A stretch of 63,856 bases of DNA, filler included, from Octopus bimaculoides (GCF_001194135.2; 5 parts of 4 records of this genome joined end to end with filler, not necessarily neighbours in it); one strand, 5' to 3'. Shown: positions 52,230 through 63,590, numbered from the whole stretch's first letter. A program made the numbers and translations. Notes: a model not told the origin generated them from the letters alone.

Positions 52230-52622
52230 GGTAATGATGGTGATAATGATGTTAGTGGTGTCGGAGGTGGTGATGTTGATGGTGATGGTGATGGTGATGC
52301 TAGTTATGATGCTGGTGATGGAGATAAATCATAGTGGATTAATGATGATGGTGGTGGTGGTGGTGGTGGAGGTGTTGGTGTAGTGGTTGTTGTTGTTGTT
52401 GTGGTGGTGGTGGTAGTGGTGGTGGTGATGTTGGTGGTAGTGGTTGCTGCTGTTGTTGTGGTGGTGGTGGTAATGGTGGTGATGGTGGTGATGGTGGTAA
52501 TGGTGGTGGTGGTGGTGGTGTGGTGATGGTGGTGGTGGTGGTGATGGTAGTGGTGATGGTGATGGTGATGGTGGTGGTGGTGGTGTGGTGATGGTGGTGG
52601 TAGTGGTTGCTGCTGTTGTTGT
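52230..52622. repeat. (GGT)n/(GAT)n/(GTT)n mixed triplet tract
   Basis: Direct inspection; source of the poly-H/T/P ORFs. Confidence 0.95.
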
Positions 52623-53068
52623 NNNNNNNNNNNNNNNNNNNNNNNNNNNNNNNNNNNNNNNNNNNNNNNNNNNNNNNNNNNNNNNNNNNNNNNNNNNNNN
52701 NNNNNNNNNNNNNNNNNNNNNNNNNNNNNNNNNNNNNNNNNNNNNNNNNNNNNNNNNNNNNNNNNNNNNNNNNNNNNNNNNNNNNNNNNNNNNNNNNNNN
52801 NNNNNNNNNNNNNNNNNNNNNNNNNNNNNNNNNNNNNNNNNNNNNNNNNNNNNNNNNNNNNNNNNNNNNNNNNNNNNNNNNNNNNNNNNNNNNNNNNNNN
52901 NNNNNNNNNNNNNNNNNNNNNNNNNNNNNNNNNNNNNNNNNNNNNNNNNNNNNNNNNNNNNNNNNNNNNNNNNNNNNNNNNNNNNNNNNNNNNNNNNNNN
53001 NNNNNNNNNNNNNNNNNNNNNNNNNNNNNNNNNNNNNNNNNNNNNNNNNNNNNNNNNNNNNNNNNNNN

Positions 53069-53120
<52 letters not shown>

Positions 53121-53227
53121 TGTGTATGTATATGTATACACTTGTATGAGAGTAAGTGTATATGTATAGTTGATAAGTGTATTTTGACAAAACTCTGAGC
53201 CCCAGGCAGATAGATTGAATACACACA

Positions 53228-53268
<41 letters not shown>

Positions 53269-53525
53269 TGTGGACAGTTCTATCGTTCCCGTTTTTATAA
53301 ATATTTGACTGTGCGTACGTGTGCACATATGCATGTGTGTATGATATTTGATACATACATAATACATACATGAGTATATGTGCGTAGGCACGTACATACA
53401 TACATACATACGTACATACATACATACATACATACATATAGTTCAAATTTACAGAAAACAAAAGACGAAGACAAGTGAGAGAACAAGCAGGTGAATTAGT
53501 TGACGATCGGGAAGAATGGAAAACT

Positions 53526-53560
53526 CTTTGACATTTCGAGCCTACGCTCTTGACAGAAAG
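53526..53560 (-). ncRNA. Degenerate hammerhead-like motif, same family as 33638-33673
   Basis: CUUU-CUGUC-A-A-GAGC(GUAG)GCUC-GAAAU-GUC-AAAG: perfect stems I and II, core one base shorter. Confidence 0.45.
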
Positions 53561-54082
53561 GATTGCAAGGAAAAAAAAATGGAGAGAAAACGAAAAAAAA
53601 AAAAAAAAGCAAGCAGAGAAAGAAAAAATATCTAGGGAGTGTGTGTGTTGGTTATATTTCCAGCCCACGTAAATATAGTCAACTCAAGCCTTCATAATAA
53701 TTTATGGGCGTTATATTTTTGCGTATACGTTTCGCATTTACATACCAATGTACTTTGAGGGTGAATAGTCTAGTGGTTTCAGTTTCTAGACAGGGTGGTG
53801 CCTTTTGTTCTTGAGCAAAACACTTCTTCTCACGTTGTTCTGAGATCGCTTCGACACCCGATGCGTGATACACCGTGCATCTGATCGGGTAACATCGACT
53901 TAATGGAGGAAGAGGCTTAATGTACAGCACAAACATTTGATCACTACAAACAAATCATTTATGCAGTTTATTCAGCATGAAATTGCAGAACCGTCTTTCT
54001 CGGACTACGAGAGATTATCATCATATAAAGCCAGAATGTAGACAACTCTGCCAACAGCGACCGTGTCTGTTCTAGAAATTAC

Positions 54083-54183
54083 CTTGCATGTATCATTGAC
54101 CCATGCTGTACCATTCCATGCCATGCAATTTACAGAAAATCCTTTGAAGGCATATTTACTGAGGATATTTGTTGACTGATGTC
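54083..54183 (-). CDS. Exon of PKD1L-family protein; N-terminal half of GPS motif
   Basis: 101-nt exon. Long polypyrimidine tract ending ccttcag| (AG at 54185-54184, phase 1); donor AAG|gtaatt (54082-54081, phase 0). Encodes GHQSTNILSKYAFKGFSVNCMAWNGTAWVNDTCK, containing the GPS C-x2-W-x4-W-x4-C pattern. Confidence 0.9.
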
Positions 54184-54358
54184 CTGAAGGATAGAAGAAA
54201 AGAAAAAAACAAGGAAACATCATTGAATAATAATTATTAAATTTTAAGAAGTTAAAATTATGAGAGAGAGTGAGAGAAAGAAACAGAGACAGACAGACAG
54301 AGAGACACACAGGAACAGAAAGGAAAATGTAGGGGAAGGGAGCGAGGGAGAAGCAGAC

Positions 54359-54394
<36 letters not shown>

Positions 54395-55198
54395 TAGAGG
54401 AAGAAGGAGAGATAGAGTAGCAGAAAGAAGAAGAGGGAGGAGGGGAGAGAGAGAGGTAGAAGTAATAGGTAACATTTAAAAGAAAATTATCTATATTCCA
54501 AGTCCGCTATATCTATTTCCTTTTCTATCTTTCTCTCTAATATATATATACATACATATACATATATATATATATATATTTATATACACACACACAAACT
54601 TATATACATCGACTCATACACACACACACATATATATTCTTCTTCTCAATAGTATATCTCGAAGCATATAAAGCTATAAATAATAGCATCTAGCTATTGG
54701 GCTGAAAAACCCTTTGGATAGAAAAATAATATATATGTATGTATACGTAAGCTTTGTGTGTGTAAAGTATGTATATAATATATGCAGTTACGCACACACA
54801 CATATAAAGATGGATAGAATAACAGACAGACAGATAGATATCCTCCCTCTCTCAGAGTCCCTCTGCCCCTCCTCATGTTTCAAATATAATTACTGAAGTT
54901 TGAACTATTCATTGGTCTCTAAAATCCCTCCTACGTCAAACTTATCAATCTTTTTGAATATAACCTTACTCGAAATGTTATATTCCTATTATTGTCACAG
55001 TTCTCAAATTGAACCATAAACTAAGATTTATACGTCACTTTTCTCCAATTTCAATTTAAGATTGCTGTTAATACATTTATACCTTTGATCAATTACGAAC
55101 TCAAGTTGTGTTTAATAGTATAACTCGAGAGTAAAACCGTCTTTAATTTCTCCATATATATGTTTGTATGCATATTTTCCAGACATATACATGCATAT

Positions 55199-55234
<36 letters not shown>

Positions 55235-55558
55235 TCTGTTACTCGATTTCGAGCAATGCCATCACTTGATTGTTCTCTTAAACATGAGCCCCTTCTAGGG
55301 GCCTACATCCTTTTGCAAGATGGGCGCCTCTTGCATCAGGTGTTCAGAGAGCTTACCACTCATGCTCAAACATGTATTAATTCCATCATGGAATTTTTCA
55401 TATCATAAAGTGTCTTTGTCATTTCCGGCTACATCCAGCTATAGTATATAAAAATAATAAAGATGCTAATAGAGATTTAAAAAACTAAGTGATGCCTGTA
55501 CCCGAAACTTTTTAAAACGAAGAAGGCCCTTAAATTGAGCCATTCCCACTCTCTAAAC

Positions 55559-56459
55559 CAGGCCTGGCTAATTCGAATTACATTGCGGACCGCAAAATAT
55601 TTTTCCCAAGAGAGTTTCGGACACCAGTAATGAACTCATTTGCATACAGCCAATCAGAGCTCACCTTGACCTTGATTTCAAGTTAACAAACACACTCTAC
55701 CAAGTAAACTCAAGACGAAGAACGGTGTTGTAAGTCGACCGATCACCAAGATATGCCTGATTTTAAGAGACAAGTATGAGACAGATTTGCATCTATGTCT
55801 ACTATCGGATTTTGTTAGGGCCCCATATGGTAAAGATGTGGATGCCAAAAGTGTGGGTAGATGGTTATGTGCGAGCAACCCTCTCCCCTTACTATTTTAC
55901 AAAGTAAACAATTCAAATAACAATGCAGAGGCAGCCATGGTTGAAACAAGAACAACAAACATTATTAAAAGAGAAAAGACGCATGGTCATTCCTTACCCA
56001 AATGACCTTATCACCCATCGCTTGTTATGCGCTTATACATTAGTCTAATAGTTGAGCTCTGATTGGCTGTATGCAAATGAGTTCATAACTGGGGTCCGGA
56101 ACTCTAGTGAGAAAAACATTTCGCTTGCGGGCCACTTTAATTACAGAAAGTTTTTTGAGGACCGCTTGTATACTTTATGCATTAATAGTCAAAAAAATCA
56201 CTGCTGACAGAATTGAAAGCATTTTGCTTTCTCGTGCTATTATTACAATAATGAATGAATGATCGTTCATTCAACATGAAATAGTATCGTTGCAAAAACA
56301 GTAATATCTTTTTCTTTTACTTTTCATTACAATCTTTAATTTCTGATAACATTTTTAAAATGTTTGTTTAAATAAACCCATTTCCAGAAAGTATCAAGCG
56401 GGCTGCAAGATAGTCTCCGGGACGCATGCGGCCCGCAGGCCTCAGGTTGGCAAGCCCTG
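55559..56459. mobile_element. Non-autonomous hAT (Charlie-like) element in a PKD1L intron, with internal long inverted repeat
   Basis: Ends CAGGCCTGGCTAA and (rc) CAGGGCTTGCCAA; GCGG(A/C)CCGC sub-terminal motifs; 8-bp flanks CTCTAAAC and CTCTAGTC (6/8 match), resembling the NTCTAGAN target of Charlie elements. Confidence 0.7.
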
Positions 56460-56589
56460 CTCTAGTCAGGATCATATGCCGGTGAAATGTGCCCTTTCTG
56501 AAATTTTCCGAGAAAAAATGATTTTGGCTTTGAAGTACTCTCTCAAGGAAGAGAGTATTCTCTACCAAAGTAAGTAAAAAAAAACCCAT

Positions 56590-57530
56590 CAGATACGGTA
56601 TTACAAGCTGTTAAGGAAATTGATGATCAGTATTTACAACAGTGTGATGAACATACATACTGGCAGATAACCTAGAATTCATTTCCAAAGAAGTCACACG
56701 ACTCCACCGAAACGTATCATCAGATGAAAGGATGAGCCTAGATGAGCAGAAGTCTATGCATGGATATGTTAGTAGAAAGCTCCGTGATTATAGTAACATC
56801 GATCATCAAAGCAGTTTATCATGGACGAATAACCGGATTACTACCTCTCATTTTGAAGGGTATGCGTTTGCAATCCAGGAACATAAAATATCAACTAAGT
56901 ACCTGATGCACAAAAGGATTAGAGATGCAGGAAAAGCCGTAAAATGTAACAACCAAATCAGTCTTTGTGGAACTGAAGATATCACCAACATCATAAGCAG
57001 TTGTCCTCAAATGTCATCACGGTATTATCTACCGATGAGACATGATGCTGTAGTTAGGACACTATAATGAAATCCGTCGGAAGAATAATCCCGAGGACAA
57101 AGAAATAAGAACCCACAATATTATAGAAGCCATAGCCACTCATAATAAGAAGGAATACTGGGGGAATGTACCAGTGAAGACCTCAATAAAATGTAAGCAC
57201 AACAGACCTGGTATAATGATTTGGGATTGAGAAAAGAAACTGCGCAGTTGTGGAAATTAGCTGCCCAGCAGATCAGTAAAAAGATAATATCTATGCTGCA
57301 CTATTGAGAAATCTGCAGTTACTCTATCCAGATTACAAGTTCAGGTTTATATCTGTAAATATTGGGACCCTGGGATATGTAACACACTGCCTAAATACCA
57401 ATCTTGAGAATTTACGCTTCTCAAATCAGAAAGGAGAAAGCTAATTCGAGGACTACACATCCAATCTATCACTGGAACTGTAAAAATCTCTAAACTTTCC
57501 AGAAAGTTATTTAAATATATATGAGAATGT
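56590..57530 (+). mobile_element. Degenerate RLE-type non-LTR retrotransposon (R4/Dong/NeSL-like): zinc knuckle, RHD motif and RLE
   Basis: HFEGYAFAIQE..., decayed CCHC region ending EDITNIISSCPQMS, RHDAVVRTL, then KHNRPGIMIWD and EISCP in shifted frames; several frameshifts and stops. Confidence 0.75.
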
Positions 57531-57952
57531 CTAGTTATGCAACTACATGCATGAGAATACATACATAAAACATACAAATCTGCGCGCACATACATACATA
57601 CATACATACATACATACATACATACATACATACCCTGTTGATGTTGAATTTCCAATGAAGGAGCCTTGATCTAGGTTAGAAACAGGTACTTTCTCTATTG
57701 GCAAGAAATCTTGAAATAAGACTGAACAAGGACATACATACATCCATACATATATACATACATAAACACGTTCATACACATATTTACAAACATCGCGAAT
57801 TCTTTTAACCCGATAAGCTTTGTCATTTTGTCAGCAACCGACTTGAGCTATCTCAAGAACTTAAATTAAACACAAAGAAAAATCATAGATACAGATGACA
57901 TACTTCGAAGACCAAGGAAACAAGGTGAAAAAGACAAAAAACAATTAGTTAC

Positions 57953-58400
57953 CCGGTAGCTGGAAGGGTCTCAGTCCGACGTACATCGTGCCGTTCGTTT
58001 GAAAAGTATCAACAGGAACACAAAAATGATAAGAATCACCATTTGTAAGGTTGTCATTGTTAAGCGCGGTTCGGTAATCAAATGTATCATTATTTGGGCT
58101 ACTGTTCAACCGGAAATAGACCTCATAACCAAGTATAGCTGGTTGTTCCATTTGTATCTTTATGCAGCTGTAGTCAGTGCTGGACCTGTACTGGAATTTA
58201 TGGTAAAACATATAGGATTGATCCCCGACGACAAACTTTGGATTTCGATAAAGCATTTCAGTCAGTTTGTCTTTAAATTCTACAACGAAAGTTTTTTCTG
58301 ATTTGTCTCGATCGGAACTTAGAATTAGTGTAGGTGAAGTGATCAAAGCCGATCGCATGTTTTCGTCGTATGTTAAGAATTTTTCGTCTGTCGATAATGC
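57953..58400 (-). CDS. Exon of polycystin-1-like (PKD1L/REJ family, PKD1L2-like) protein; extracellular GAIN-region segment
   Basis: 448-nt open exon (ALSTDEKFLTY...YEVYFRLNSSPNNDTFDY...GTMYVGLRPFQLP). Acceptor tttatacgcag| at 58402-58401 (phase 0); donor G|gtaact at 57952-57951 (phase 1). The YxVY...P....YD...Y.F...G.(M/Y)Y(I/V)G pattern is typical of the PKD1L region before the GPS. Splices in frame (G+GA=Gly) to the next exon. Confidence 0.88.
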
Positions 58401-58501
58401 CTGCGTATAAATGGAGTAGAGCATAAGTTGCATAGAAGTTTTTAAGAAATCAAATAATTCAAACTTTGTAATAAAGCAAGATTAGCAATAAATTATTGAA
58501 T

Positions 58502-58539
<38 letters not shown>

Positions 58540-58639
58540 NNNNNNNNNNNNNNNNNNNNNNNNNNNNNNNNNNNNNNNNNNNNTTAATTAATTAANNNNN
58601 NNNNNNNNNNNNNNNNNNNNNNNNNNNNNNNNNNNNNNN
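58540..58639. other. Artificial 100-bp scaffold spacer
   Basis: 44 N + TTAATTAATTAA (58584-58595) + 44 N. Confidence 0.95.
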
Positions 58640-59240
58640 ATAGAAGATAAACCTAGCCTGAATAGGAAACTGGAATGGAACACTAGCACATACCTCCAAC
58701 AAACCACAACATATGACAATAAAATCCCCATAAACTGATAACTATATGAACAAAATATAATACAATACATAGATAAACAAATGGAATTAAATAACTACAT
58801 ATGTTAACAAAATTAAATTAAATACAAACAAAAGAAAAAAAGTAGGTATAAACACATGAACAAATGAATAAAAACAAATTAAACGAACATGTATAAACAA
58901 GGGATACAGATAATACAGGCACTCCCCATACACACACATGCACTTACAAAACATAGACAGACATAGAGGGATACGCATGCGCAAATATAGACACATACAA
59001 TAGGAATACAAAATACAAAATGGCTGATTGTTAGCAAGGAGGGACACACATATAAGAAAGAAGAAAGCGAAGGACCACTGATGAGGTCACAGAAGCTGAC
59101 GAAAGAACTCTGGCCGAAATATGATTAATGTAATGTAATGTATTATAAAGCTGGAGCAAATTAACACCAAATATACAGTGCGTGTGTTTTTATTGGCTAA
59201 ACTGGCAACATGACCATCCCCAAATACAACAATATATATT
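58640..59240 (+). mobile_element. Penelope-like element 3' end
   Basis: EDKPSLNRKLEWNTSTYL...* resembles the xPSLNR C-terminus of PLE GIY-YIG ORFs; followed by an A/C-rich UTR and a hammerhead-like motif at 59072. Confidence 0.5.
59072..59115 (+). ncRNA. Minimal type I hammerhead ribozyme candidate
   Basis: GG-A-CCA-CUGAUGA-G-GUCA(CAGAAGC)UGAC-GAAA-G(AA)C-UC-UGG-CC: intact CUGAUGA and GAAA core, stem II GUCA/UGAC, one-pair stem III, NUH triplet CUC, stem I CCA/UGG plus GG/CC. Confidence 0.6.
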
Positions 59241-59661
59241 TATANNNNNNNNNNNNNNNNNNNNNNNNNNNNNNNNNNNNNNNNNNNNNNNNNNNNNNNN
59301 NNNNNNNNNNNNNNNNNNNNNNNNNNNNNNNNNNNNNNNNNNNNNNNNNNNNNNNNNNNNNNNNNNNNNNNNNNNNNNNNNNNNNNNNNNNNNNNNNNNN
59401 NNNNNNNNNNNNNNNNNNNNNNNNNNNNNNNNNNNNNNNNNNNNNNNNNNNNNNNNNNNNNNNNNNNNNNNNNNNNNNNNNNNNNNNNNNNNNNNNNNNN
59501 NNNNNNNNNNNNNNNNNNNNNNNNNNNNNNNNNNNNNNNNNNNNNNNNNNNNNNNNNNNNNNNNNNNNNNNNNNNNNNNNNNNNNNNNNNNNNNNNNNNN
59601 NNNNNNNNNNNNNNNNNNNNNNNNNNNNNNNNNNNNNNNNNNNNNNNNNNNNNNNNNNNNN

Positions 59662-61301
59662 NTGTCAGTAAGGTGAGGGTTGGCAATGAGTACAGTGATA
59701 AATTCCGGGTAGAGGTAGGGGTCCACCAAGGTTCTGTCCTCAGCCCCCTCCTATTTATCATAGTCCTCCAGGCGATAAGAGGAATTCAAGACAGGATGCC
59801 CCAGGGAGCTCCTCTATGCTGATGACTTTGCACTAATTGCTGAGTAACTATCAGAACTAGAGGAGAAGTTTCAGGTGTGGAAGCAGGGACTAGAATCGAA
59901 GGGCCTTAGAGTCAACCTAGCTAAAACCAAAGTCCTAATAAGTAGGAAGGTAGATAAAACACAAACCCCTTCTGGTAGATGGCCCTGCTCGATCTGTAGA
60001 AAAGGTGTAGGTAGAAACTCTATAGGATGTGCCCAGTGCAAGCTATGGACACATAAGAGGTGCAGCAATATCAAAGGAAGGTTAACTTGGAAGTTAATTT
60101 TTGTATGTGGCAGATGTTCAGGTGCAATAAACACTGTAAATTTGCAGAAAACAATATCTGGAGAAAAACTAGACGTAGTTGATAGCTTCCACTATCTGGG
60201 TGACCAAGTTAGTAGTGGGGGTGGGTGCGCTGAAAGTGTAGCTGCTAGAATAAGAATAGCCTGGGCAAAGTTCAGAGAGCTCTTACCTCTGCTGGCGACA
60301 AAGGGACTCTCACTCAGAGTAAAAGGCAGACTGTATGATGCCTGTGTGCGAATAACGGTGTTACATGGCAGTGAAACATGGGCTGTGACTGCTGAGGACA
60401 TGCGTAGACTCACAAGGAATGAAGCCAGTATTCTCCGATGGATGAGTAATGTCAGTGTGTATACCCGTCAGAGTATAAGTATCTTGAGAGAAAAGTTGAA
60501 CATAAGAAGCATCAGTTGTGGTGTGCAAGAGAGACAATTGCACTGGTATGGACATGTGGCGAGAATGGATGGGGATAGCTGCGTGAAAAAGTACCACACC
60601 CTAGCAGTTGAGGGAACCCGTGGAAGAGGCAGGCCTAGGAAGACCTGGGATGAAGTGGTGAAGCACGACCTCAGAACATTGGGCCTCACCGAGGCAATGA
60701 CTTGTGACCATGACTTTTGGAAATATGCTGTGTGTGAGAAGACCCGGCAGGCCAAGTGAGACCAAAATCGATGGCCTCTGCCAGAGATGTAGCAAGCCCA
60801 CTTACGCGTAACATTCTTTCATTGGACTCTATACTCCACTTGTGAAGATATGATGAGGCAAGTGAAATCGAAATGGAACTAAATTTGTAGGAACACTAAA
60901 CTTGGCTTGTGAAGACCTTTTGGGGCAAGCGAAATCGTGTTGGCACCTGTACCAGTGGAGCACTAAAAGCACCGTCCGAGTGCGATCGCTACCAGAGCAG
61001 CTGTCTGGCTTCCGTGCCGGTGGCACGTAAATAGCACCAGCGTGAACGTTACCAATATCACCTTCCTGGCACTTGTGCCACTGGCACATGAAAAGACATT
61101 CCAGCGAGATCGTTGCCAGTGCCGATGAACTGGGTCTTGTGCAGGTTGCACGTAAAATACACCATTTCGAGTGTGGCCGTCGCCAGTCTCGCCTGACTGG
61201 CCCTTGTGCCGATGGCACATAAAAGCACCCACTACACTCTCGGAGTGGTTGGCGTTAGGAAAGGCATCCAGCTGTAGAAACTCTGCCAAATCAGATTGGA
61301 G
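59662..61301 (+). mobile_element. RTE-type LINE: 3' part of ORF2 (RT core to C-terminus) plus 3' UTR
   Basis: GVHQGSVLSPLLF (frameshift near 59776), LLYADD, in-frame stop at 59845-59847, then a 294-aa open stretch with LHGSETW, RQLHWYGHVARM and GRGRPRKTW, typical of RTE clade C-termini. The 5' part is lost in a gap. Confidence 0.92.
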
Positions 61302-62718
61302 NNNNNNNNNNNNNNNNNNNNNNNNNNNNNNNNNNNNNNNNNNNNNNNNNNNNNNNNNNNNNNNNNNNNNNNNNNNNNNNNNNNNNNNNNNNNNNNNNNN
61401 NNNNNNNNNNNNNNNNNNNNNNNNNNNNNNNNNNNNNNNNNNNNNNNNNNNNNNNNNNNNNNNNNNNNNNNNNNNNNNNNNNNNNNNNNNNNNNNNNNNN
61501 NNNNNNNNNNNNNNNNNNNNNNNNNNNNNNNNNNNNNNNNNNNNNNNNNNNNNNNNNNNNNNNNNNNNNNNNNNNNNNNNNNNNNNNNNNNNNNNNNNNN
61601 NNNNNNNNNNNNNNNNNNNNNNNNNNNNNNNNNNNNNNNNNNNNNNNNNNNNNNNNNNNNNNNNNNNNNNNNNNNNNNNNNNNNNNNNNNNNNNNNNNNN
61701 NNNNNNNNNNNNNNNNNNNNNNNNNNNNNNNNNNNNNNNNNNNNNNNNNNNNNNNNNNNNNNNNNNNNNNNNNNNNNNNNNNNNNNNNNNNNNNNNNNNN
61801 NNNNNNNNNNNNNNNNNNNNNNNNNNNNNNNNNNNNNNNNNNNNNNNNNNNNNNNNNNNNNNNNNNTACATCAATGTAATTTTCTCGATGTGAACTTTCC
61901 TGTGCAGTAATTAGATTTTTTAAATTCCATTTACTCTGTTTAATTTAAGGGAGATTTGGCTGTTGTTTCTAGCAACTTTTATATTTCTTCCATTCTATCT
62001 GTACTGGCGTTCTTACACATCGATCACGTGCTCAACATATAATATAGAGAGTAAGAGTAAAAGAGGGAGAGAGAGAGAGAAAGTGATACATACAAAGTCA
62101 TAGATTAACTTGCTTTAAGACTATTCTTTCCTTCTATCTACCTTTTCGCTCTTACTTCGTTCTTCTTCCTCTCTCCCATTTAAATAGCTTTCTTCTATCC
62201 CTCTACCTCTAACTATCCACGTGACCTGGTCATCTGGGGCTTATCGCCATTTCTCTGCTTCAACCATTGTCTGTCTGCATGTTGAGCGTCCTTGTCTCCC
62301 CTTAGTATTTTTTACCTATTTTTCATAAAATAGAAACGTAAAAACACACACAACCACACACGTGGTCTGTGGCAACAACATACACATAACACATCAACAT
62401 TATAGATATAAGATTTACTTTGTGTGTGTTTCTTATATAAACACGCGCACGCATTGCTATTTTATAACTCTCTTCCATTCTCCCTTCCTCTCTTTCTCTC
62501 TCCTCATTGCTCCCGTTTTCTATTCCTTTCTCCCCCCCCCTCTCTCTCTTCCTCTTTCCCTCTTCTCTCTCGCTCTCTCAAAGGCATACACGCGCACGTA
62601 CACACAAGCATTCACTACAATATAACTCATGTTCATCAATGTTTTGTAAATATACAAACTACAAAGCTCATGTAGACAGGACAACACATTGCAAATCAGT
62701 GAACTTCATTAGAAATGT

Positions 62719-62818
62719 NNNNNNNNNNNNNNNNNNNNNNNNNNNNNNNNNNNNNNNNNNNNTTAATTAATTAANNNNNNNNNNNNNNNNNNNNNNNNNN
62801 NNNNNNNNNNNNNNNNNN
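62719..62818. other. Artificial 100-bp scaffold spacer
   Basis: 44 N + TTAATTAATTAA (62763-62774) + 44 N. Confidence 0.95.
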
Positions 62819-63106
62819 TATATATATATACTTGTGTGTATGTGTATAAACGTGCCCAAACTTTCATGCATATATAGATTCACAAGTACATACATAAGTG
62901 CGTGATGTATGTGATGTCAGTGCGTGGGTATGTGTGTGTGTTTGTGCATACCTCTGTGTGTGAATGTGTTTGTGCGTGTGCGCACGTTATAGGAAATGGC
63001 AGCTTTATATGTGATGAGAAGAATGAAGTATATGCTGGAGACTAAGTCAAACACGAATAACACAGCGAATTACAACGGCGATGATGATGATGATATAAAT
63101 GGTGAC

Positions 63107-63107
<1 letters not shown>

Positions 63108-63173
<66 letters not shown>

Positions 63174-63354
63174 TTCGTTAGTGGTGATGCTGGTGATGGT
63201 TGATGTATTATATTAAAAATGATGTAAGAATAGTAATGAATTAATGAAACCTTTTTAACGTTTATGATGAACATGATGCATCATGATAACAACAGAAGTA
63301 ACAGCACCAATAATAATAATAATAAGAAGAAGAATAATGATAATAATAATAATG

Positions 63355-63407
<53 letters not shown>
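63108..63407. repeat. (GTA)n and (ATA)n microsatellites
   Basis: Direct inspection (63108-63170 and 63308-63407). Confidence 0.95.
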
Positions 63408-63419
63408 CCTCTCTGCTAT

Positions 63420-63590
63420 AGGCACAATGCCTGAAATGTGTGGGGTGGGGGCCACGCGATTACATAAACTCCCAGTACACAACTGGTACTTAATTCATCC
63501 CTCCTGAAAGGGTGACAGGCAAAGTCGACCTCAGCGCAATTTGAACTCAGAACGTAGCGGCAGACGAAATACAGCTAAGCATTTCTGTCG
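63420..63590 (-). mobile_element. SINE family 2, reverse orientation
   Basis: The reverse complement of caaagtcgacctcagcgcaatttgaactcagaacgtagcggcagacgaaatac matches the family 2 body. Confidence 0.75.

Noticed and set aside
57999-58301. 100-aa plus-strand ORF
   Set aside because: Antisense shadow of the PKD1L exon.
59871-60801. Several minus-strand ORFs over the LINE
   Set aside because: Antisense shadows of RTE ORF2.
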